A stretch of DNA of 37,590 nucleotides from the NCBI GenBank assembly GCA_026014495.1, contig JAOZIF010000080.1, positions 1 to 37,590 on the forward strand, in the 5' to 3' direction. Both the position numbers and the translations under genes were made by a program. Positions 1 to 7,056 of this stretch are shown here, piece by piece. This DNA is from Candidatus Bathyarchaeum sp. (GTDB taxonomy: Archaea; Thermoproteota; Bathyarchaeia; Bathyarchaeales; Bathyarchaeaceae). Position 1 is the first letter of the stretch. Each line of letters begins with the position of its first letter. Below the pieces are notes generated by a model that saw only the letters and a list, made by a program, of their open reading frames with translations, was not told the DNA's origin and made no database searches.

Positions 1-221
1 GTTGAGCCATTTATAGGAGTGTCTCAGGAACTATAAGTGATTAAGGCTAGAAAGCATCAAGACGTTGCCGTTGATTTAATGCGTTTATTATTGTGATGTG
101 CGTGTTTGAAACCAACTGAGGCGGTTTCTCCCTATTTTTTGAGGAAAAGTTTTTTAAATAAAGTCTGTACATTTATTAATTAGTCCTGTGCGAAACCAAC
201 GACACACAAAAATATCTGCTC

Positions 222-252
222 CCGCCGTCCTTTTTGCTGGGGAGGACGGCGG
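222..252. other. GC-rich perfect hairpin
   Basis: CCGCCGTCCT (222-231) and its exact reverse complement AGGACGGCGG (243-252) flank an 11-nt loop in AT-rich DNA. Function unknown. Confidence 0.6.
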
Positions 253-343
253 ACATCTCCTTTAGTTTTGTGAAAACCCTCTTTTGTTATAACAGGAATA
301 CTTATTAAGATTATAACACATCACTTTTTTATGGAGAGATTCA

Positions 344-514
344 ATGCCACAAAAAGAAACTCGAAAACTTGTTGCTATTGGGAACAGTTTAGGCGTAACC
401 TTGCCTAAAGGTTGGATTGATTATTTTGATCTAAAACTAGGAGATAAACTAGAAGTAATCACTAATGGTAACGTTACATTAAAGCCAAAACAATCCAAAA
501 AGAAGGGAACTTAA
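344..514 (+). CDS. AbrB/MazE/SpoVT-family DNA-binding protein, 56 aa (absent from the ORF track)
   Basis: Hand translation: MPQKETRKLVAIGNSLGVTLPKGWIDYFDLKLGDKLEVITNGNVTLKPKQSKKKGT. The pattern GNSxxVTLPKxW...LxxGD is the swapped-hairpin signature. GGAGAG lies upstream. Confidence 0.85.
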   Translation: MPQKETRKLVAIGNSLGVTLPKGWIDYFDLKLGDKLEVITNGNVTLKPKQSKKKGT

Positions 515-517
515 ATT

Positions 518-826
518 TTGGAAAATAAAAGAAAGAAAAAAATTTGTTTTACATTAGTAAGAACACTTGATGGAAAGTATGTGCTCGATACTGAGAAATG
601 CCGTTGGGCACAGATTAAAAAGTTTGATTTAGGTATTGAAGATGTGGAGTTTGAAATTAAAGATAGTTACGTTGTATATGCCTCTAAATTCAACTCTGAA
701 TATGCCGAGAAAGATTTGTTTTCATTATCTCCTGCAGAAGAAAAGATAGCAGATGACTTAGCTAAAATGCTTATCGTCATAAAAAAACGTCATCCAAATC
801 TATTTAATTCTGGTAATAATGACTAA
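518..826 (+). CDS. Hypothetical protein, 102 aa
   Basis: Starts 3 nt after the AbrB-like stop and overlaps the next ORF by 8 nt, an operon-like packing. No recognisable motif. Confidence 0.65.
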   Translation: MENKRKKKICFTLVRTLDGKYVLDTEKCRWAQIKKFDLGIEDVEFEIKDSYVVYASKFNSEYAEKDLFSLSPAEEKIADDLAKMLIVIKKRHPNLFNSGNND

Positions 827-1823
827 TATATTGCTCGAAGTTGGAAGAATAAACGTGACGAAAAAGACACAACAGAAAGAACACGGAGATGTTTTGAGGT
901 TAGTAGATTGTTTAGAAAATAAAGGTGTTTTTCTGTCTAAAACCGTGATTGAGTTTGCTTTGGCTCTTTTTGGAGATACTTATAGAGAAGAATTTGGCTC
1001 ACTAATTTTCGCTTCTGCCTGTATCTATGTTTCAATGAATGTTAATGAATGTGTTGTTTCGATGAATACAAAGACTTTTTTAAGAAAAATTGGGTTGAGT
1101 AAACGGTTTGAACGGAAATTTAATCATCATTATCGAAAAATTCTTTCAAAATATAAACTAACGCCAAAAAAGTGCAATTTTGGGATTGCTGCGTCTGTTA
1201 GTTATTTTTGTGATACTTTAAATTTCTCAAAAAGGCTTAAAGGATTTGCATTGAGATTAGCTATAGAAGTTGAAGCTAAAAGGTTACATGTTGGCAAATC
1301 GCCTTCTGCTGTAGCTGCTGGAGTAGTATATATTGCGGGAGCTATTCCTAATAATCGTGATTTATGTATTAGGCAGTTAGACATTAAAAAAATCAGTGGA
1401 GTTTCTACAGTTACAATAAGAAACAGAAGTCAAGCTATTAAACGAAAATTGGGAAATTATATTGAATGTTTTAGAGCCGTCTATAACAAGCCTTCTGTGG
1501 ACCAAAAACAGGTTGAGGAGATTTTTGAACCTGAATTTTTTGGTGATTCTAGAGAACGAAAAGATGTAACTTGTGAAGCAGCGAAAGCATTAGACAAAAC
1601 TTGGGAAGTTTCCTTGATTGAAGCAGGTTTTCCAGTTATCTTTGGTTATTGGGATGAAGAATTTTTAGCGAATAAAGAGAGTCATAAACAAACGGATGGT
1701 ATTCGTGTTAAATATTCTTTCGAGATTGACGTTAAAGAAAAAGAAGAAGAGTATATGTTATTTCACAGTGAGGGTAACGTTACGTCTAACGATTCTAAAA
1801 AGTCTAAACAATCAGAGAAGTAA
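819..1823 (+). CDS. TFB/TFIIB-like cyclin-repeat protein lacking the Zn ribbon, with an unknown acidic C-terminal domain
   Basis: GKSPSAVAAGVVYIAG...IRQLDIKKISGVSTVTIRNR matches the second cyclin repeat and BRE-binding HTH of TFB. FASACIYVS resembles a degenerate first repeat. No CxxC pair at the N-terminus. Confidence 0.75.
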   Translation: MTNILLEVGRINVTKKTQQKEHGDVLRLVDCLENKGVFLSKTVIEFALALFGDTYREEFGSLIFASACIYVSMNVNECVVSMNTKTFLRKIGLSKRFERKFNHHYRKILSKYKLTPKKCNFGIAASVSYFCDTLNFSKRLKGFALRLAIEVEAKRLHVGKSPSAVAAGVVYIAGAIPNNRDLCIRQLDIKKISGVSTVTIRNRSQAIKRKLGNYIECFRAVYNKPSVDQKQVEEIFEPEFFGDSRERKDVTCEAAKALDKTWEVSLIEAGFPVIFGYWDEEFLANKESHKQTDGIRVKYSFEIDVKEKEEEYMLFHSEGNVTSNDSKKSKQSEK

Positions 1824-1824
1824 T

Positions 1825-2691
1825 TTAGGTGGTTTGTTTTGTTTGTGCGTCTTTTTCTATTTCGTTCCAATGGTCTAATAGTTTTTGTTTTGTATATTCT
1901 GCGCGTGTCATTCCTTTGTTTTTTGCTGCTTGGTCTATTGTAGAGCTTCTTTTGGCGTCAAACTCATTTCTTTTATTCCAAGTGATACGGTCAACATCGA
2001 AAGTGCCTTTTTGCAGTCCTCTTTTTTGTTTTCCTGTGCTTAGTGTGTCTATTTGGGTCCAGAATGTTTCGGTTCCTTCTGTTGTTAGTGTTTGGGCTAG
2101 TTCTTCTTGTTTGTCTTTGGTTAGTTTGAGTTTTGCTAGTCCTAGTATGCTGTGGGGGTCGTTGTGGCTTTTTCCTTTGTATGGGATGTCATGTTTTTTG
2201 AGTGCTGTTCTTAGTTGTTGTGAGGTTAATCCTTCTAGGATTGTCATGTATTGGCTGAGTGTTGCGGGTGATAGTCCTATTCTTTCTGCTTTGATTCTGA
2301 TTGTGCCTCTCATTGGGGCTACGAGCTTGTTTAGTTGTTCTGCGTATGTGATTGGGTGCATGGTTCTTTTTAGGTAAGGGTTGTTTTCTGTGAAGCTTGC
2401 TAGTCGCGCCTCTTCTTCTGTGACGTCTTTTATTACTATTTCTTCGCCAACTATGAGGTGCTTGGTGTATTTGCTTCTTAGAATTAATCGTCCAGCTCCA
2501 ACATAAACGCCGTATCCGTCACCTTCTGGACGCGCTTGAACGGGATTTCTGATTCTGTTATGTTTTAAGCTCTCTTCAAGAATCTTATCCTCTTCACTAT
2601 CGCCTCTAGGTTCCCCATACCTAACATTACAAGGGCTAACATGAATCTTGTCAACTGGAAGTTTATCACCTAACTTGGGCAAATTTGTCAT
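1825..2691 (-). CDS. ParB/Srx N-terminal domain protein with HTH and probable C-terminal ribbon-helix-helix
   Basis: LPVDKIHVSPCNVR...LEESLKHNRIRNPVQARP...YGVYVGAGR...SFTEN is ParB-like, followed by the HTH-like KAERIGLSPATLSQY and a C-terminal IDQAAKNKGMTRAEYTKQKL. ATG at 2691 is preferred to the ORF-track start at 2772. Confidence 0.75.
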   Translation of the reverse strand: MTNLPKLGDKLPVDKIHVSPCNVRYGEPRGDSEEDKILEESLKHNRIRNPVQARPEGDGYGVYVGAGRLILRSKYTKHLIVGEEIVIKDVTEEEARLASFTENNPYLKRTMHPITYAEQLNKLVAPMRGTIRIKAERIGLSPATLSQYMTILEGLTSQQLRTALKKHDIPYKGKSHNDPHSILGLAKLKLTKDKQEELAQTLTTEGTETFWTQIDTLSTGKQKRGLQKGTFDVDRITWNKRNEFDAKRSSTIDQAAKNKGMTRAEYTKQKLLDHWNEIEKDAQTKQTT

Positions 2692-2903
2692 AACAAATAA
2701 CCGTTCTTTTTTTGAATTACGGCGCATAAATGTTTTATGTATTCGATAATGAATTAAAACTAAAATCAACAATAGCAGTTAAGCTATAAGTTAACAGAAT
2801 ATCTGTTTAAAAAATAAACTGAACAATTTATGTCCAAACTGGATGGCAGTTTTGGTGTTTTCCAAAATCATATATTATCTTTTTACTGAGAACTTAACGA
2901 GGA

Positions 2904-3293
2904 ATGGTGTATTTGCATAAAATAGTTGTTTTCACAAAAAAGGCTCCACAGCCTGTAGGACCATACTCGCAGGCTATAATTAGTGGTGATTTTGTTTTCG
3001 TTTCTGGTCAAATCCCTATAGACCCAAAGACCTCAAAAGTTGTTGAGGGCGGAATCGAGGTCCAAACAGTTCAGGTGCTAGAGAACCTAAAGAATATCCT
3101 TGAGAGCATAGACCTAACATTAAATGATGTCGTGAAAACCTCCGTGTTACTCAGTAACCTCGACGACTTTCAATCTTTTAATCGCATATACAGCAGATAC
3201 TTTGAGGCTAATCCGCCAGCGCGAACTACAGTACAAGCAGGTCTCATGACTGGTGTATTACTGGAAATTGATGCTATAGCCAAAAAATCTTAA
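2904..3293 (+). CDS. ridA: RidA/YjgF/YER057c/UK114 enamine-imine deaminase
   Basis: APQPVGPYSQAI, VFVSGQIPIDP, NPPARTTVQ and EIDAIA motifs; the catalytic Arg is present in PART. Confidence 0.95.
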   Translation: MVYLHKIVVFTKKAPQPVGPYSQAIISGDFVFVSGQIPIDPKTSKVVEGGIEVQTVQVLENLKNILESIDLTLNDVVKTSVLLSNLDDFQSFNRIYSRYFEANPPARTTVQAGLMTGVLLEIDAIAKKS

Positions 3294-3333
3294 GTTAAAA
3301 CAAAAAAGAGGAGAAAGGGGGGGCGCTTCCCTT
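3294..3333. terminator. Putative terminator between convergent ridA and fae-hps
   Basis: An AAAGGG...CCCTTT stem plus an A-run that reads as an oligo-T tract (CTCTTTTTTGTTTT) on the minus strand after the fae-hps stop. Confidence 0.45.
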
Positions 3334-4782
3334 TTACTCTACGTGTACTCTGAAGAGGTCAATGTCTTGCGCCATTTCTCGTGTGCTCTTTAAGAACTCT
3401 CTTGTTGCCCTCTCTACGTCTTTGGATTGTGTTATATATCGTCCGACAATGATGATGTCTGCCCCGTTTGCCAACGCTTCAGGTGCAGTCTCTGGAGTTA
3501 TCCCGCCAGCAACTGCCACCAAACATTTCTGGTTCTGGAATGTTTGTTTCATCTCTTTGATTATGTCCCAGCGTGTTTTACCTGTTTTTTCAGCATCTAT
3601 GGCGCGATGTAGTATTGCAACATCAGGCAATTTTTTGAGTGAACGCAGTTTTGCTATGGGATCGTCAACGTTCATTAAATCCATTATCGCGTAGATTCCT
3701 AGCCTTTTTGCTTCCTTTATGAATTTGTCTATGGTCTCGGTTGTTGCCAAACCAGCAACTACAACTGCATCGGCTGTTTCCTCAAATGCCATGTCAACTT
3801 CTACTTTTCCAACATCCAGTGTCTTCAGGTCAGCTACAATGAACATGTCCTTGGCAACTTTCCTCAAATCGCGGATGACGTTTACTCCATACTTTTTCAG
3901 CAGAGGTGTGCCAACTTCTAAGATTATTCTGTCGCTCTCTGGTAGTTCAGCTACGATTCTCTTAACGCCCTCCAAATTAGGATTGTCCAAAGCTATTTGC
4001 AAGTAGGGTGGTCTCCATAAACGTGGCACTTTAAAGCCCATTATCGGATGCTTTGCGCGGTCTTTGTCATACATGATTTTATCTAACGACGGATAGTTAT
4101 CTAAAGCCCTTGACAGCGCCAGTTTTGTTGCTCCATAATTATAATGATAGATACTTCGGTAGTCTTTAGCCTGAGGATGAATAAAGACGCTACAAACAAT
4201 TACCCAATCATCAACTTTATCCCACGGAATAACTCCTTCCTCAACAGAATCCGCAACCGCCTTTGCAACAGCTGCCTGAGCAGGACCAAAAATCTTTCCC
4301 GTCTGCTCCATATTCTTCACAGTAACTTTTGGCACAATAAGCGTGTGCGGTTTAGGTGGAAGATTTGGACGTATAACTGCCAAAAGCGGAGTGTGCCCTG
4401 CAGATAAATTCGACAAACCGTTAGCAAAAGCAGTTCCAACAGGGCCGTCTTTGTCACCAATCAGCAAATCCACGTGGGCAACCTCTGTTCCCTCGCCCAT
4501 TAATGCCTCGCCAATCAAATATGTGGATTCTTTGCGTTTTGCGGCTCCTTCAAAAAGCAGATCCCTTTCATCTACATCCGAAAAGTCAACATCAAACTCT
4601 CTCATCCACTGATACAGCGTGTCACGGTGAATTCCCATGATGTCCGCTGTGCCCTTGATTGTCGGTTTAGTTGACCTGCTCCCCCGTGATCTTCTTAATT
4701 GTCTTTCTTCTTTCTTAGCTGTCGCCAGCAATTTTGTGAATTCTTCTCTTGTTTCCGGTTTTTTACCGTCATATCCCGACAC
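3334..4782 (-). CDS. fae-hps: Bifunctional formaldehyde-activating enzyme / 3-hexulose-6-phosphate synthase with an extra N-terminal HTH domain
   Basis: Fae: [53 protein letters not shown]. Hps: [35 protein letters not shown]. Residues 1-87 precede the Fae start and contain [23 protein letters not shown]. Confidence 0.93.
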   Translation of the reverse strand: MSGYDGKKPETREEFTKLLATAKKEERQLRRSRGSRSTKPTIKGTADIMGIHRDTLYQWMREFDVDFSDVDERDLLFEGAAKRKESTYLIGEALMGEGTEVAHVDLLIGDKDGPVGTAFANGLSNLSAGHTPLLAVIRPNLPPKPHTLIVPKVTVKNMEQTGKIFGPAQAAVAKAVADSVEEGVIPWDKVDDWVIVCSVFIHPQAKDYRSIYHYNYGATKLALSRALDNYPSLDKIMYDKDRAKHPIMGFKVPRLWRPPYLQIALDNPNLEGVKRIVAELPESDRIILEVGTPLLKKYGVNVIRDLRKVAKDMFIVADLKTLDVGKVEVDMAFEETADAVVVAGLATTETIDKFIKEAKRLGIYAIMDLMNVDDPIAKLRSLKKLPDVAILHRAIDAEKTGKTRWDIIKEMKQTFQNQKCLVAVAGGITPETAPEALANGADIIIVGRYITQSKDVERATREFLKSTREMAQDIDLFRVHVE

Positions 4783-4920
4783 AATATCACTCTCAATGAG
4801 AGCATTTCACTGACCATATATAAAAATGTGTCGGAGCAAATACTGAAATATGTGATGAATCCGACACTTTTTAGAAACAACTCTTTTTCAGAAAGAATTT
4901 TTTCGGCATTTTTCTGTCGG
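4776..4920 (-). promoter_or_regulatory. fae-hps promoter with TATA box, palindrome and TGTCGG repeat array
   Basis: Minus-strand TTTTTATATAT at about 4816-4826. Palindrome CTCTCA-A-TGAGAG at 4790-4802. TGTCGG/CCGACA copies at 4776, 4829, 4861 and 4915. Confidence 0.55.
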
Positions 4921-5090
4921 CTTTCCATATATTACTTAAGAAATTGATTGTAGTTAATGATTAAAGAATTTCAGGTTCATTTAGACAAATACTTTACAAC
5001 TTATGAATGCAACGGACATGCTAGACAACATGTAACATTTTTTGTTTTTTGTGTAACCTGAGTTCGTATGGTTTAACTTTTTTAGTCAGC

Positions 5091-5237
5091 TTATTTTGAT
5101 CTGTGGTTCTTTTCTTCGCGCCTTCTTTTTTCGTCTACTGCTTCACGTATCCATTCTGAAGGCTTACCAACAGTCTTCAAATATTTAAGCTGGTCAGAGG
5201 TCAGGCGTACTCCGTAGTGGAGTTTTCGTTCACTCAT
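5091..5237 (-). CDS. Small ribbon-helix-helix (CopG/Arc-like) protein, 48 aa (absent from the ORF track)
   Basis: Hand translation: MSERKLHYGVRLTSDQLKYLKTVGKPSEWIREAVDEKRRREEKNHRSK. An alternating beta strand (YGVRL), a helix, then S-E-W-I-R-E-A-V is the typical RHH pattern. ATG at 5237, TAA at 5091. Confidence 0.75.
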   Translation of the reverse strand: MSERKLHYGVRLTSDQLKYLKTVGKPSEWIREAVDEKRRREEKNHRSK

Positions 5238-5458
5238 ATCGGTTGCACCACTTAAATCGATATTGAAAATAAAGAAAAGTTTTATGAAATCAAAATATTG
5301 ACTTATACTACAGTCACTTCTTCATGAAACTGTCGGCCAAAAACCTGTAGCTAATGGCGCGGTTGCTACGGTTTTCATGTGAAGAAATATAAATAAGTGA
5401 CGCAATGCTCAGAAAGCAACAAAGTGCCCTGAAGGAAATGTTTGGAGGAAAGCGGGCG

Positions 5459-6802
5459 ATGGAAGATAACTTCTTGAAATTAGCTCTAGGCTTAATAAAA
5501 TCCAGCGAAGACCATGAACGTTACCGTGGAGAAGAGTGCGTAAATCTGATTGCAAGCGAGGGACTCAAATCTCCTGCAGTAGATGAAATGCTAAGTTTGT
5601 CAAAAGACTTGGAATCCAGATACGCAGAGGGAGAAAACGATCTTGCGGGACATGTCAAAGCACGGCACTATCAAGGTCAAAAATTCATGACAAAAATTGA
5701 GGACTACTCAGCCGATTTGATGAAAAACCTGTTCGGTTGTGATTGGTCTGACGTTAGACTTGTTTCTGGTACCCACGCAAATCTTGCCACATTCAAAGGC
5801 ATTTCGTTGGCTACAAAAAATAATCGGATGGTTGTTTTGCCTCTCAGCGCTGGGGCTCACATTACTCACGACTACTCTGGTTTAGCCGGTAAAGTGTTAG
5901 GATTAGAGACTATCAACCATGCCTACAATATAGACGAACTAAACATTGACCCCGAAAAATCTGCAACCATAATCGACGCAGCTAGACCTGGCATCGTGAC
6001 TTTTGGAGGAAGTGTATTCCCGTTTCCGCACCCAGTTAAAGAACTGGCAACAGTTGCTAAAGAAACTGGCGCCTACGTTGTTTATGATGCAGCTCATGTC
6101 TTGGGCTTGATTGCAGGCGGAGAATTCCAAGACCCCTTCGGAGATGGAGTGGATTTCATAACTGCGTCAACTCACAAAACATTTCCAGGACCACAAGGTG
6201 GAGTTATTCTCGCAAACTGTGAAGATGAACGAATGAAAAAAGCAATAAAAAAGGTTCAGCATGCAGTTTTTCCGTTGAGTGCTTCAAACACTCATCTTGG
6301 ACGACTTCCTGCATTGGGCTTGGCTGCATTGGAGCTAAAACTGTATGGTAAAGAGTTAGCTAAACAGACAATTAAGAATGCCCAGACTGCGGGCAAGTGC
6401 CTGTTCGAGAGTGGCGTGAAGGTTTTGGGACAGAAAAATGGTTTCACGTGTTCTCACCAAATCACTGTTGATGTTAGAGAGTATGGTGGTGGACAGAAGC
6501 TTGCGTTTAGTCTTGAGGATGCTCATATTGTTATGAACAAGAATCTTTTGCCCTATGATAACCAGCATAATCATGGCGATCCTTCGGGGCTTCGTATTGG
6601 TTTTCAAGATGTGACCCGCAGAGGATTCAAACCCAAAGACATAGAGTATCTGTGCTCCTTGATTTTGGATGTTGTGAAAGCCAACAGGACTCCCGAAGAA
6701 GTACGAAAAGATGTCATCAAATTAAGGCAGAGCTTTAAGGAAATCAAGTACGGTTTCCAAAGTGTTAGTGAAGCAAAAGAGCATCTTAGTAAATATGTTT
6801 AA
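5459..6802 (+). CDS. glyA: Serine hydroxymethyltransferase, archaeal type
   Basis: NLIASE, RYAEG, YDAAHVLGLIAGG, TASTHKTFPGPQGG (PLP lysine), NKNLLP and SGLRIG motifs. ATG at 5459 follows GGAGG; the ORF track starts at 5405. Confidence 0.95.
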   Translation: MEDNFLKLALGLIKSSEDHERYRGEECVNLIASEGLKSPAVDEMLSLSKDLESRYAEGENDLAGHVKARHYQGQKFMTKIEDYSADLMKNLFGCDWSDVRLVSGTHANLATFKGISLATKNNRMVVLPLSAGAHITHDYSGLAGKVLGLETINHAYNIDELNIDPEKSATIIDAARPGIVTFGGSVFPFPHPVKELATVAKETGAYVVYDAAHVLGLIAGGEFQDPFGDGVDFITASTHKTFPGPQGGVILANCEDERMKKAIKKVQHAVFPLSASNTHLGRLPALGLAALELKLYGKELAKQTIKNAQTAGKCLFESGVKVLGQKNGFTCSHQITVDVREYGGGQKLAFSLEDAHIVMNKNLLPYDNQHNHGDPSGLRIGFQDVTRRGFKPKDIEYLCSLILDVVKANRTPEEVRKDVIKLRQSFKEIKYGFQSVSEAKEHLSKYV

Positions 6803-6966
6803 AACTTCAAGCAGTATTGGCAAGGGCGTACTTTGGAGTCGCCTTTTTGCTCTATTTTTGGTATACGATATTTTTTTATATTGGAAAATAGTTCTTCTGT
6901 CAGTCAAGGAAACTGGGCCTATGAATAGCCACTCGATGACTTCACTAACTGATTCTTCGATGTTCT

Positions 6967-7008
6967 ATAGCTTTAGCTATTTCTTTTATAACTAAGCCCA
7001 GCTAGCTG
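6967..7008 (+). promoter_or_regulatory. Putative ask-asd-aro operon promoter flanked by AGCT palindromes
   Basis: ATAGCT-TT-AGCTAT (6967-6980), TTTTATAA (about 6984-6991) and CAGCTAGCTG (6999-7008). Confidence 0.4.
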
Positions 7009-7056
7009 AAATTTAACGTCTTTAGCTTTCTGGGCTTCTTGGAGTGTTTAGTTGTT

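Larger units (their letters stand above)
1..2800. mobile_element. Possible right end of an integrated element (provirus- or plasmid-like accessory module)
   Basis: Visibly AT-rich (17/60 G+C on the line at 1081 versus 31/60 on the line at 9661, hand counts). Gene content is AbrB-like, orphan, TFB-like and ParB-like, and it changes abruptly to housekeeping genes at ridA. No integrase, att site or tRNA is visible, so the boundary is approximate. Confidence 0.4.

Noticed and set aside
1-96. Short plus-strand frames (VEPFIGVSQEL-stop, then MIKARKHQDVAVDLMRLLL) and a possible minus-strand ATG at position 10
   Set aside because: Truncated by the window edge and too short to assign.
1829-2377. 182-aa Ser/Leu/Val-rich plus-strand ORF
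   Set aside because: Antisense shadow of the ParB-like gene; it stays open because of the local G+T skew.
4695-4947. 77-aa and 82-aa ORFs over the fae-hps start and promoter
   Set aside because: They overlap a real gene and its promoter and have no protein features.
5300-5460. Known riboswitch (glycine, THF, ZTP) in the glyA leader
   Set aside because: The conserved cores as I recall them are absent, and a TATA box lies downstream of the inverted repeats. Kept only as an unexplained structure.
6903-6918. GTCAAGGAAAC resembling the surface-protein operator
   Set aside because: Only one half-site, with no TTGAC arm and no partner 34-35 bp away.
6722-6995. Small ORFs between glyA and lysC
   Set aside because: They overlap the glyA 3' end, have low-complexity composition and show no motif.
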